From NCBI GenBank assembly GCA_965235115.1, contig OZ249436.1, forward strand, positions 14,694,001 to 14,758,000: a stretch of DNA of 64,000 nucleotides, read 5' to 3'. Positions 14,501 to 27,236 of this stretch are shown piece after piece. The stretch's first letter is position 1. Every line of letters begins with the position of its first letter. The DNA comes from Laetmonice hystrix. Taxonomy: Eukaryota. A program made the position numbers and the translations under genes. The notes beneath the pieces are model-generated. The model did not search any database. It was not told where the DNA came from and was given only the letters and a program-made list of their open reading frames with translations.

Positions 14501-15599
14501 TACAGACATTATAATGTAATTCTTTATTACATTCTTTTGGACAGGAAAGAAACATTTGCACAAGATATTCATCCTGCTCTGACAGTCTTCGCAGGTCTCA
14601 GAGTTTGTGCGACACTCATCGTCACAATCGCTATACTGACGAGTGTTTAGGACCCAAAAAATGTCAATGAGCAATAACATAGGAGTAGCATAGAATTCAT
14701 TTCAAACCATCATATGAACTTTACTGAGCAAGCTGCTTACTAAGCTTTACGTGTGGGCAGACTGTTCTCTTTCAAATATCTGCCGTCTACCTCTGGAGTG
14801 GCACCTGAGGCAGCGTTTGAAGGTCATACCAGTCGTGGTCTACTTCCACCCTCCCTCACGTCAGACGGCCATTAACACACCGACATATAGTACAAACTGC
14901 ACACATCACAGACATCCAACAAGATTTTAAAGCAACCTATACCTGGTCCACAAATGTGGTAAAATTCAAAGGACTCAAATTTCTGGTCAGCTCATTGGGG
15001 GCCACGATCTGCTGAGCAGGCATAGTAGCATCATTCACTCTGGGTGAAAAATATCCCCTATTTGTCCAAATATGACCCCAAATAATGTTTGTGTGGAAAT
15101 TTACTAGAAAGAGTTAATGAATGGGATGTCCTGCATTATAACATCAAGTGTAAATGTACAGCTTGGTGCAATAACTATTAGCATTGCATCTGGATTTAAT
15201 CAATTTACCGGAAATAACCCTCTGTAATACGGGTTTGTGCTCTTTGTGAAGTCCCTCTTAAAAGTCTGGGCGTGGAACGTCTGTTCCCACAGTGAGAGGT
15301 CTGTATAGAGGTATATCACAAAGATCGTGATCAGTCTGCCACTCTTCGACTACCTACATGTCCCTCTCTTGTAGAATATTGATGCAGCATCATGATCCTA
15401 CCGGACGCCGCCCCCACAACATGAGCTGCGACTGACCGAGAAAGGCATCATTTATGCCTTTTAGAAAGGCAATCTTTTACAGATTTGAATAAAAAGATCA
15501 CAATTTCAGATTCCCCGTGTCCTTTTCTAAGTCACCAAAGTGAAATTCACTCAAACCTGCTGTTAACGTTGGTTGGCGTCCCTCCAGACGTGCACGAGT

Positions 15600-15830
15600 A
15601 CACCAGACTTATCTTTGACGAAGTGACGTCCACCCTTCAGACGACCTACATGTCAAACTCTCAGATTACTAGCAGCTCTCCCCAAGAAAATGATCAGTTA
15701 GCAAGCTTGTTAAACTTACAATCGCCAACGAGACCTATTCCGTCTTGAAGATAAACATATTATACGATTGTCGCTATGTATTGGAAGGTTGACTCAACGC
15801 TTTCAAAGCGGCTGTGCACAAAATTGCAAC
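15600..15830 (+). mobile_element. Possible highly decayed LINE (CR1/L2-like) ORF2 3' end
   Basis: Eyeballed similarity only: SLLNLQSPTRP and LNAFKAAVHK resemble the LINE C-terminal NLQIPxARTxxF...LNSFKAAL. Confidence 0.2.
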
Positions 15831-16365
15831 CCCTGCCACGAGCAACCAGCGACGGTGACCTTTGATTCCATGACGAGAAAGCCGGTGATAATGAACTGCC
15901 TCACACTTCGATGTGACCCGTTTCATAATACAGGAACCACTACACTGTGTCTGTGGTGAGTAGCAAGCCCCGGAGGTCTCACATGGAAAGTAGCCGGTAC
16001 ATTTTTACTCCACTTCAAGCCACAGATGGCCCCCGGGACTGCAATCAGACCGTTCAATGAGACCGTCTATTTTTCTCCTAACAAGGGCAAAAAGCTATTT
16101 GTGTAAACGGTCACGCTCTAATCAAATCTTTGCTCTTTATTTCTCCTTTGCCTCCTAATGTGTTCTATCGGAGGACAACAGCTTTTACCGTGTCGGCTTA
16201 GCACCAGGGATTGCTCGGATACGTGGTCTGAGCCCGAGTCTCTCCTCTGGATCCCACTTATCCGGCCCGATAACCCAGATTAGACGGCAGCGCCCGGTGC
16301 CATCGGGGCTGCGGGAACCGTGCCGCTGTTTCATACCATTGCTATCAAAGACACATCTGAGTAAG

Positions 16366-16533
16366 AAGTACTCTTATCGCCTGTTATCAGTATTATTGAA
16401 CGGTATCGGTCTACAGCAGGACTGTGTGCGCGTGGAATACCGACTGATGCCAGAGGTTGAGGAGCAGGGTGGTGGAAAGTGGTGGCGGTGTGCTAGGGGA
16501 CGGGTCCCCACTGGGCCTGGAGCCTGGCACTAA
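16366..16533 (+). pseudogene. Decayed TIR-domain-like fragment (box1-box2)
   Basis: The frame of ORF 16297-16533 reads KYSYRLLSVLLN..QQDCVRVEYRLMPEVEEQGGGKWWRCARGRVPTG, versus the TIR pattern YDAFISY..DxDWVxxELLPxLEExGxKLCxxxRDFxPG. The downstream TIR half is not visible. Confidence 0.3.
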
Positions 16534-19250
16534 CAGTTTCTTTGACGTTAATTGCTTTATTCTGGCTTGTCAGTCATCACCATTATAACAGGCCCTGTCA
16601 GAGATATCAGTGCAACTGATATTGTCTGCATTTGGTGACACAGTACAATAAACAACAACATTACGGGGATGGTGGGGAAACAAACACATATACATTGTAT
16701 ATGGAATCGAGAACCGGTATTAGCTGCTATATTTTCCCTGCTTTAATATGATTCGACACGTTCTTAGTACTACCCACCCTGGGACTCACAACACGTTACT
16801 GTGAATTGAGTGATTCACCTCCATGTTCACCTTACACTCACACTGGGAGCGGGCAGTCGGAGCAACGAGTATAGAATAAATTATTCTATACTCGTTGGTC
16901 GGAGTGAGGGACGTGATTCCCAGCCACATTTGGTCAACAGTCAGATCACAACATACGGCTGTCCACAGCGCATGTATGTAAACTACTAACACAGCCGACC
17001 CCCCCCCCCCCCCCCCAGGTCTTCAGTCGTCTGCTGTCCGGCAACCTGATCCACTAATACAGCTACCGGTACACAGCCATCCAAATGGGCGGGAACTGAA
17101 CACGACCCGCCGGCGAACTGCCGGCGACTGAAATATTCCACAGTTTTAGGATTTCGAGTAAAACACGCTGATATACCCTAGTTACACCATCCCCTTGGCC
17201 TGCACCTGACATTCTATCCATTACCTGTCGTGGTAAGCAACAGGAAGGGGGAACTAAATGCTGACTCCAGCCTCCGTTAGCCAACACGTATCACATACCT
17301 GTGACCAACTCCCATCTCCCGATATCTCCCGTCCCGCCCTCCTCACTTTGATTGATAACTTCATTCCTCAGATGTCATGTTGCTATACTACAATCTAACG
17401 TTCCAGACTCCAATAATGCCAACGGATGGTGGCTAGTTTACATTACTTGCCAGGAGGTGTGTGTGTGTGTGGGGGGGGGGGGGGGGTTCCTGGCATATCT
17501 ACATCACGGCATGCCTGTAGGAGTGAAGGTTGCATGTCACTCGGCTATAACCTCAGCACGGACACCTGTGCGGCCTTCGTATTGGTAAGTCTAACAATAC
17601 AGCAAACATCCCAACCATGCTGTATTCAGACGAGTCGGGAGCACACCGCCACCGACCATACTGACACACTGGCTGCATTGTGCTGCCACGGGTCACCTGT
17701 CACAGTGTGACCTGTCACAGTGTGACCAGCAACTGCTGGTTACAGGTCTCTCTATCACCTACCTGGACATCCTACCTTCGCCTCTGTGTGCACGAACAGC
17801 GCTGGTTGTGTACTGTTGTGTTCCTCCGGCATTGCCTGGATGGGCTCCGCAAGCCGAACTGGTCGGGTCTGGCCCCTGCCCTTCACGCTGAGGAAGATAA
17901 CCGCGGAGTGCAGTCCAGTCGGATGCGCCTGTTAGTCCTGAACCGACACAGCCATACATTCCAAGGATATCCACATCCGCCACAATACAGGTGCTGCCAC
18001 CTAGCTGACCAAACTGAATGAGCCCAGTCAGTCTACAGCAGGAGCAGCGCCGGCCCGACTGCTGGTCGAGCTCGGCGGTAATGAAATCATCTTTACGTAT
18101 GAGATCGTCGATACCCATGTCCTCTTTCATTACGGCGCAGAGGAGAGGCCGGGGGTGGGAAGGGTGATTTATAAACGGGATAAAATATTTCTGGCACAAT
18201 GTATTCGTCTTTCACACTGTTTAGGTTTTAGCCCGGCAAACTAAGATTATTTCAAACCAACTGGCAACAATGGTTGCTTAGCCTTGAGGCCTACTCGACC
18301 AAACAAAAGTCCGGTTGGTATGGCAATCCACCTCTGATCAGCCGCCATCAGGCCAGAGTTTTGTTGTCTGTTTCACCAGGGCAGCAGAAGTAAATTGTCT
18401 TGATACCTCTGAGGAATGACTCGGCGCTACTCGTGTAACCAACACATGCAACCCTACACCCAAGTGCTTTTGCATCTCCAATTTCAGTCTTGAGAATCGA
18501 TAGTTTCCGCAATGTAAACAAGACCCTCCTGGGGGTTTGCAACGATCCGTGGAGCACGAGTCTGTGGTGACATGGTCACTTTGACGTGCCAGCGTGGTTG
18601 GGGGGACTGACCGCTGCACGGCGCGCGCTGTCACGACATGTGGGCCGGCCCCGATAGCGGGCCGCCGGGTCCCCTGTCGGGCCACATCATCTGCAGCCCG
18701 TATGGCGGGGTGTCCGGAGGAAACTCGGCTCGGCCCCAGAATGGCACGTTCCAGTTTGATCAATGGCCTCGCGCTCTCTGGAGGACAAGGCAGGTCAAAC
18801 TGTTCCCAATTATCATCTGCATCATGACGAAATAAACTACAACCTTGATTTCAGGCAGTTACTAAAAAAATGCACTACTGCCAAGCGAACTTTATTGACC
18901 ATATTCTTAAAATTTACCAATCCCAGGATAATGCCACCCCCTCACCATCGGGGTTTTACGCTGCACATCGTGATGTGGATCAGAATACCGAGGATATACA
19001 GGGTGGGCCAAAAGTACTTTTGGCCCAACCTGTATACAGCTAGGATCATGTCAAATCGAGTACAATAACAAGGCCGTGTAGCCGTGCTAAGCGTAGATGG
19101 AATTATTTATAGGGCATTTTCTACGTCACGACGGTTTCAAAAAAGAATCCCTGCTACTACAGTATGCTGGTGAAGGTTAAAAACCTTGCTAACTCTTTTC
19201 CTTGCTGCTTTTCACAACCAGAAGACGAAGTGTTAAGGTTTTCTCCCTGG

Positions 19251-19510
19251 TTCACTAAAACATAGCGATCAAACACCATCTACTACACACTTTAACATGG
19301 CTGTATTCCTTGTTCACTAAAACATAGCGATCAAACACCATCTACTACACACTTTAACATGTCAGTATTCCTTGTTCCTTGTTCACTAAAACATAGCGAT
19401 CAAACACCATCTACTAAACACTTTAACATGGCTGTGTTCCTTGTCCCTTTTCACTAAAACATAGCGATCAAACACCATCTACTAAACACTTTAACATGGC
19501 TGTATTCCTT
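19251..19510. repeat. Minisatellite, 4 copies of ~62-69 bp (ttcactaaaacatagcgatcaaacaccatctactacacactttaacatggctgtattccttg)
   Basis: Units start at 19251, 19313, 19382 and ~19450. Length differences come from an extra ttccttg-like tail. Confidence 0.95.
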
Positions 19511-20407
19511 CATCACCTGCTAAGCACAGATCTCTTTTTTTGTTGTCGATTCATCTCCAGTCTGATTTAACACCAGGGGCCAGCATAATATACAGTCACT
19601 GTATTCTAATAAATCTTTCTTGTGAAAATACTAGTCTGAATTGGCGAGATGTTGTACTACAGGTGGTGCTTCAGTTTCCCCTAAAACGGGCAGATATGCC
19701 TGTTACTTGACGGCACCAGCGCTGAGACAAACAGAGTATTTATTCTTTCCTGGCCGATTCCCCTGATATACAATTCCACGCAGGCATATAATACCGACAG
19801 GTTTTCCCTTAAAGGACCATCTAATATTTAACTACGAGGAAAGGAAATACTGCTGATGCCTTAGCGGGTGCAAATACACCAATAACCAGCGCCGACCTGT
19901 CAACAAGACAGGCCCTCCAATGAGAACGTATGGGCCCGGAGCCTGGGTGAAGCAGCAGCCAATGAGACTATCGGAAGAGCCCCTGTCTGGCTGTCAGAAT
20001 CCAGATTACTGCCACCATCTATTCATTACAGCTGTCAGACTTTATCACCGCCACAGGCATAATGTGGCCGAGGGTAAAGGCTACATCTTTCTTCTAATTT
20101 ACACAGCTCCCGGCCCAAATGAGGGCATGGGGAGATTAGTTTTCAAGGTGCTCTAAGATTCACACGCTCTAGGTCTCCTACCTTAATGCTGTCTTCATGA
20201 CACCTATTCACGCGTTCCTGCAACAACAAAGGTTCGTCCCTTACAATTTTAAATCAAAGGTACCAACAATACATTCATTCATTCATTCTAGAGATAAAAA
20301 GGAAAAATCCACCGAATATTCAATTGTCCGATGTCTCCGCCGATTTAACATTAAAGTGGCACTCGAAATTCTTCAAATACTTACTTACGTTTGAACTTCA
20401 GTGACAC

Positions 20408-20675
20408 CATGTTAAAATTCCCGGTTCGAAAGATAAGCGAAATTATTATAAAAATTGAGTTATGTTAGGGCGCGCCGCCAAGTTATCGTTCGGTCCGACC
20501 ACTATTTTCTGAAGCCAACGTGGGCTGGGTGGTCGCGGTAATCTATTTATAGATCATAGATCATGTCCAAATATGGCAGCGGAACCGGAGTGGAAGCCAG
20601 GATGACAGCAGAGACATATTTTTTCCATTCCATTTTAAACTTTCGCTTATCGCTCGAACCTGAAATTTTAACATG
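20408..20675. mobile_element. MITE-like element with 35-bp imperfect terminal inverted repeats
   Basis: catgttaaaattcccggttcgaaagataagcgaaa (20408-20442) versus the reverse complement of 20641-20675, catgttaaaatttcaggttcgagcgataagcgaaa, with 4 mismatches. No clear TSD. Confidence 0.65.
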
Positions 20676-20999
20676 AAAAACCAATTCGATACGTTTGATT
20701 TATTCTCCATCAAGAACAGAATGTAAAGCCAAGATTTAAGTTTGGATAGTCAACTGTATGGTACCAATGGGCCCACCACAGGCCTGACGTACCAATAACC
20801 TGACGATACAACATTCAAAGGCACGCGCTTGACTCATATTGGAGACTTTTATCTCACCTTTTCCTGATCATTATACTCCCTGGGACAAGGGAACAAAGTA
20901 GGTCCCCCAAATAATGTGGCAGGTGGCAGAACCTTTTGCTAGGACAGGCAGAATCAAGCCTGAAGTTTTCACAGGCATTGACTGATCTGCCCATGGTTT

Positions 21000-22290
21000 T
21001 TCATCATAGACCACCATGTAATACCTAATACTGGGAAGGATCCGCCTGCCCCCACTTGATGCTCCGAGACCCCTGCAGTACGCGACCTACCGGTACTTTG
21101 AGAATAAATTGGATTCTCCTGCGACCACAAATATCCCCGTCGGATATTAACATAGACATCTAGTAAGCTGTAACTGTGTGTGGTCCCCTTACACTCAGTA
21201 TATCACATTCACTTCCACAGTGGCTTATAGCAAATCGAAACCTGGTACACTAGACTCACAAATAACCTCCCAGGTCACCGCCAACTGCTATTCACATCAT
21301 ATGCTACCAAATACCCCGCCTGCGCCTCCAATAACTTTACCTATAGCCTAGAAATCAGAGTGTCTTTATCACAGCTGGTCAAAATCCTCCCAGGTCTGCA
21401 GGCAATTCTCCGCACTGGCCAGATTGTGGCCACTAAATCCTGCCCGTAACCCAGGAGGCTGCAGTATTTATTGTGGGTTCCCCAATTTCATTATGAACTG
21501 GCAGAGTCCGAAGTAATTCCCTCGACTGCACGAATCTCCTTCACATCTCGGGTGGCAATTTGTTAAATGCGACCATTAGAATTCTACCTCATTTGGTGGA
21601 AATCCTCTGCCCCTATTTCACCTTTGGGGTATTACCTTCGCTCAATACGGGGACTAGAACATTTATTTTGAGCTGTGATCTGTTCCTGCCTAAACAGCGA
21701 CCTTGGAACCTCATCCTGGCCAGGGCTGGTGAAATGGTGGCGGTCACAGCTGACCAGCAGGACAATCAGCGGTGGCCGTGGAGACTGAGTGGCACACCCA
21801 CTGGAATGATTGGCTCCACCTCACCAAATCACATTAGAATTCGTTTAATCCCACTGGGATGTTCTGCACGGACTGCACTCCAGGGTGGCGTCGTCCTCAC
21901 ACTACCTTAATTAAGATGCCCTTCTTTCTTTACCACTGAAGGACGCCCGTCTCCAGACAAGTGATCAGGGTAGCTGGCCACCGACCTGACCTGGTGCCGT
22001 AATTGGAGTTCACTGGAGAGAGGCAGAAAGGCAGGTTTCCCTCTGTGCATCTCAGACCGATACCAACAGGGACCTGCTGGTTAGCACTGTTGCTGGCTCT
22101 CCTCATAAAAAACTACAACAAATATACAATAACCTCCAGCCAGTCGTTTCTGCATCCGACGCAGGTCTTGCAGTTGAAGTCGGCTTTTCCTCCTGCTGGT
22201 CTCACTTTGCCACTGCCCAGCAGTGTTTGTCCATGTACTCGTCACCATCCATATATTCAGTGTTTGGCATGCCAGCCGAACCATCTGCCC
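21000..22290 (-). mobile_element. Decayed DIRS/Ngaro-like (tyrosine-recombinase retrotransposon) gag/RT remnant
   Basis: The minus strand reads RTLPVH (~21500), SAENCLQTWEDFDQL**..AIGKVIGGAGGVFGSI (21416-21300) and, ~41 codons later, QLQLTRCLC*YPTGIFVVAG (21176-21117). This matches the order and spacing of Ngaro RT (C..L..F..LC..LGVPLAxEKxxGPxxxLxFLGI ... ELQSLLGxLxFAxxVVxxG). Upstream RRMQKRLAGG...FYEESQQQ (22081-22200) is gag-like. Many stops; no recombinase or terminal repeats seen. Confidence 0.45.
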
Positions 22291-23862
22291 GCTGCTGGGC
22301 TGCCTCTTTACCTTTTTACATTTTGATTGTATCCATTCTAACTAGCTCGCCAAACAAGCCGATAAGCAGCTTTGCAGGGCCTCACCCTTCACGCCCAGGA
22401 CACACTGATCAAAAGAGACACCGAATATTAATTAGTTTATCATTGAATTTTAACCTAAAGCTTACTGACAAACTCCTGCTTCAATTACTCGGAGGAAATT
22501 CTTTCTTGCCAGTGGGTTTCCCCAGTCTGGGCAATCGTTGCCCTGTCACGTTGGGCAAAAACAACGGTAGAGGTGGTCTAGAACGGTCATTAAAGCGGCA
22601 GCTGTCAATCGGTGAGCTCGGCTGGTGGACGGGACAGTCTTCTCATCGGCAATTGTCGGGAATATTCTCACGTCGCCCGACGGGTTTGCTGTGACTGAAC
22701 AAACTAACCGAATATCATTACTCAATCTCATATTCGGTTATGTACGCATTTGGTCAAAAACGCTTCCGGTAACTGCACAGCTGCTTGGGAGATTCACGAA
22801 GCAGTCACTGTTCTGTATCTCAGTGTGTGCCACTCTCAAGGCGAAGTATACAGTCGGCTTTGGCGACAGCTACGTATATAGTTAAAGAAACATGTAATGG
22901 ACGTGCCAGCTGCTCGAGTCACACAAAGTAAAAATAGGAAATTCCTCAAACTGAACATTGACATTCTGAAAGGGTATTTCTTTAAAGCTGTCATCAAATT
23001 GAAAGAAATAATTCAGCAATCACGACACGCTTGCATCGTCTCCTAATATGCTAGGTTAAAATCTAGGTTTTAGCTGAGACGCCACTTTCTTGACAATGCC
23101 TGAAATTACAAACGTAAATATGTGTCCAGTACTCTCAATTGTATCCTAGCGCCATGACATCTCATTACATTTTTTGTAATTTGTGCCATCTAACTAAAGC
23201 GTCATGAAAGATGACCAAAATCTTATGTTAAATGCCTGAGCAGGTACCAGAAAGTACATGTATCAGGGCGAGACATTAATAAAACCCAGACAGTTTGTGT
23301 CCATGACCTTGATTACATTAACTGAATCCCATCCCCATTCTACCATAAAGTAACAATTTTTCGTCATGAAAATTCAGAAGAGCCTCTTACCAAATGCGGA
23401 GAAACAGGATTCCATCTTAAAAGTTACCTTGCGTTATGCCTGTGAGACAAATATAGCTAAAACAGCGGTTACTGCATGATCAGTAGGCTCTGACGGTTCC
23501 CTTGAAGTGAACGCGATAGAGAGTGATATCTGTATGCAACTAGCAAGAACCCGCATGGGACCGAGGGGGGCTAAAAGGGGTCGACCATGAAGTACATACA
23601 CACAAAATCATGGAAAACTGACCCCCTGTCCCAGTCCCTTGCGTACGATCTTAATGGACGGCCCCTAACTGAGGCTAAGCAGTATGGTGAGAGCTACTCC
23701 ACTCGATTATCGCAGTCTCGAGAGAAATGATACACAACTTTCCCCTCGGAAAGCGTCAGAGTCTCTCGGACTACAGCACAGATCAACGGGCTCACAAAGT
23801 GGGCGGCCGGGTGCGGGGGTCGAGTCCGTGGCACAGACGATTGCCGTAAACGGGGTCAGTTG

Positions 23863-23956
23863 TTGGCTGGAGACCTGCCCTCTGCTGCTGCCCTCTACCG
23901 CCGCACCAGAGATGGTGCGGCCAGACTGCCGCCAGAGGGCGCAGGTCTCCAGCCAA
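23863..23956. promoter_or_regulatory. GC-rich imperfect hairpin carrying three CTCF-like motifs
   Basis: The outer arm ttggctggagacctg / caggtctccagccaa is a perfect 15-bp inverted repeat, and the inner stem ccgcacca-GAGA-tggtgcgg closes a GNRA loop. Motifs: ccgccagagggcgc (+, ~23929-23942), and gcagcagagggcag and gcggtagagggcag on the minus strand (23875-23901). Confidence 0.55.
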
Positions 23957-25199
23957 GGTCAGTTGTCGTAGCCGATCAACAACAACAATGGCGGACAGTT
24001 CGGGCGGTTGTAGTGAAACGTGCCAAAAATGCCTCAAGCCCCAAGGAAACAAACATTAATACACATCAAAACAAACAGGGGAATACTGTAAATATGCCTG
24101 GCATGCTTTCACGTTGATGCTTCGAAAGGGAAAACCGGTAGAGCGATGACAACGCAGCCCCCTTACGGTATTAGTATAGATATTTAGCTTCCAGTATTAA
24201 AGTCAAGGTGCTGGATTACCCGGTACAGACATCACTTTTTTTGTTATCTTGACGAATGAATCTCCCTTGTTTCAGTATTGCTGTCCCCAGTTAGAACATT
24301 CCACAGCAGTATCTACCCAATGATCTTTCTTTATACAGGGGAAATGAAATGAAATTTCCCTTTCAGAAATAAAGTGATCTAATTTCCTGCTTACAGCTTT
24401 TATTAGCAACCTTGGAGCCACATTGCCATCTAGCTTGAGCCAGTGTCATCAAGTTCTATTTCTTGTAATTACTTTGATCTTCACTGAAATGAATACAGAC
24501 AACAGAAATGCGGAAAACTAATGTCGAAACAATACTCATCTCTCATTAAAGGGAGACCATGTGAAAGCGATTGGTTTTTGCTCCTCATGTTAGCATCAAG
24601 GCTCCATAAATATGAATTCCTACCCATAAACTGGCTTGGCCTTTTCACTCATGTTTTCACTAAGTATGCACCAACCAAAAGTTAACATTTTACATAGCGC
24701 AGGACATATTGATTTACTCTTTCAAAACAGGGGGTGCAGCATTACAATCAGCGTCAGTTTAATAGCACACATTTTCTATATGCGCTCCATGCCTTTAGGG
24801 AGGAGAAATAGCGCGCTGGACCTTTGAAATATTCTGGCAATGCATTGATTAAAAAGTTTCACTTCAGCAGTATAACCTGAGCGTTGGTTTTGTTAATACA
24901 AGGGATATCTCTGAAAGTGATATTTGTTTCTGTCAGGCAGTGAATACCAGCCAGTCGGGAGGACCTTGTCAGCTCAAACAGAATTTGTTAACACTGCAGT
25001 TATTCGTTCAACGAGTCAGCTTTAAATTGTGTGAAAACCATGCAGACAATATCACTTCTTGTCCTCATGCTGTTCTTTTTTTCAGTGTGTTATTTCGACA
25101 GGTTTTCCGACGTTTCTGTGTAAATGTAAAAACATCGTTCAAACTACGTCACCTCAGCAAGTCTCAATTCACCTGTAATGGCGGAGAGGAGTACGGTAA

Positions 25200-25291
25200 C
25201 AGTAGCGGATCTAGGATTTCAGGAGAGGGTCGGGGACACCTTTTGATGGATTTTCACATAGCGTGGGCCCCCACCCCCGAATCCGCCACTT
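25200..25291. mobile_element. Tiny hAT-type MITE remnant (CAGTGGCGGAT...ATCCGCCACT family)
   Basis: cagtagcggatctagg ... ccccgaatccgccact: short inverted ends around ~70 bp, a very common non-autonomous hAT-like layout. Confidence 0.5.
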
Positions 25292-25328
25292 GGTAAATAC
25301 ACTCGAATCGAGCATATGAAGCAACTTA

Positions 25329-25474
25329 CTGATACCAAACTGTCACAGCTGAAAGCCACCACGAAACCGGACAACAACAATTTTCGAGGATTTCTCAGCC
25401 TCACGGCAAGGTAAAAACTCTCAGACAGCAGGATAACGGTAATCCGCACACAATGTTTTGGTAATCCCTCACAA
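25329..25474 (+). repeat. Local dispersed direct repeat, copy A (~146 bp)
   Basis: ctgataccaaactgtcacagctgaaagccaccac...ggtaatccct.acaa is shared with 28556-28702, with scattered substitutions and small indels. Confidence 0.9.
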
Positions 25475-27175
25475 TACACAAAGTAGAAAATTCTCCCAAA
25501 TCTTTCAATTAAATTTAATTATTTTTATGCATGAAAAATACTAAATAAGCAAGACTTTGGAAATTAGGGGTGGCCTACATCTATACATCTTTCGAATCCC
25601 CCCACCCTCCTCCTCCTCCTCCTCCTCCTCCTGTCGCGACCAGGAACAAAATTGTAACGACCATGCGTCGTCATCGGTGTTACCTTATTCAGTATGATCC
25701 CAGGGCGAGATACCATTAAAGGATTCATTGCCACGTTCCACTGAGTGTGACTAACGGAAAGACAAATTAGTACAACGACAGTAAAACTTGAACACAGCCA
25801 GGGAAAGAAACCACTAGCAGAGAATAATAATTCCTGAGACAAATGGAAAAATGAAGAAACTTTGGGGTAAAACTGGATGAATTATCAACAAAGAGTAAAA
25901 GAAAATCTGAGTACAAAAATGATCGCGATGACATTGACATAGTGATAATTCCTATTATCGAAGAATATCTAATTACAGTGTAATATCTAATTACAGTGTA
26001 ATTTTCACGTGACTCGACTGCATAACTTCCACCTCCATCATGGCTGTCGTGTGTGTTTTACACGGGAAACAGGCAGTAATGGTGGGGTAATGGAGGAAAC
26101 ACTGGCCAGTTACTGATACCGCCATACCCAGCTGATTCCCTCCCAACTCCCCCAGTTAAATCAAACGTTTATATCTTATGATTAACAGGTCCCTGGGCAG
26201 ACCGCAAGACACGGCACTCCTTGTTAGTGAAAATCATATTTCATCTCAAATTTCTTCTGTTCTGAGGTAGTTATGATACTTTGATACTACATGTACATGT
26301 AATTATGAAAGCATCTCAAAGACGTATGGCTGTCTGCAAGGTGTCCAAGTATACCAGCTACCATTGTTTACGAACAATAAAAGTACCGGGGTATTGAGAA
26401 TTTGTGAAAGAAAATCTAGCAAGATATTAAGTTACAGGCTCCTGTGCTCCACAGATGACTACATACGTCACCGTCATGTACGATCTGCGCTTGAGCAGTG
26501 TCCCCTGCAGCGCTATCCACCGCATTATCTGTAACCCCTCCACAAGTACAGCCCATGAATTCTCTCCTAACTGATGAAACGCCTCACGGAAGAGCTCGGA
26601 TTGAATTAAGAGAGACTGCACAGCGTTATATGTAAGAGCTGGGCTGGTCCGATTAGAGCTGCTTACTACCACATAGTGTCGGCCTCTTGCCCGACCAACA
26701 CCAAGACGGCATACAACATTGATAAAACAAGCTGGGCGCTGACACCGGAGGGCGGACCGCCATCTCATTCAGCTCGCCGGACCACCTAAATGAGACTCCT
26801 CAATAATTTAGCTTCCTCCCAATCCTGGGTATCTATCTGTGGTATTGTGCACATAATGCATTTTGGCAGCTGCAAGTGTTGGGAGGGATAACGGCAGTGC
26901 TAAGATAATTCTACGGGTGTAGTAAAGCATTGCCAACCCTGTACCATTAACACCAATAGGGCAAAGTGGGGCAGCAAAATGGTAGGAGACTACGTCGAGT
27001 TTCTTTTTCATTTTTCTTTTCAATTAAATAATATATGACCGCAACCTACTGACCCCCCGTAAATCGTTCTACTGTGAGGCATCATGGTTCCTGTCATCTA
27101 GCTGGTGTCTAGGTCGGGAGACCTACCAAACCCACCTCCATCGCCTTCTGCTCAGAAAAGGTTATCATGGCTTGT

Positions 27176-27236
27176 GACGGTGGCTCATTGGTCTGAGCGT
27201 CTGGCTGTTGATCAAGGAGTATCAAAACTCCCCTGG
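27176..27236 (+). mobile_element. Possible tRNA-derived SINE head / tRNA pseudogene remnant
   Basis: ggtggctcattggtctgagcgtctggctgttgatcaagg contains a Pol III A-box-like TGGCTCATTGG and a tRNA-Asn-like anticodon arm. The B box and acceptor stem are degraded. Confidence 0.3.

Noticed and set aside
18450-18530. NLR-type LRR (TLRKLSILKTEIGDAKALG, minus)
   Set aside because: A single repeat-length match with no neighbouring LRRs.
19920-20060. L2 RT fragment (WVKQ...NPDYCHHLFIT)
   Set aside because: The similarity is too weak and there are no downstream RT motifs.
25630-25700. ShK toxin-like domain (CRDQEQNC)
   Set aside because: The remaining four cysteines are missing and an early stop follows.
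27176-27236. Functional tRNA gene
   Set aside because: There is no intact T-loop/B box or acceptor stem, so it is kept only as a possible SINE head.
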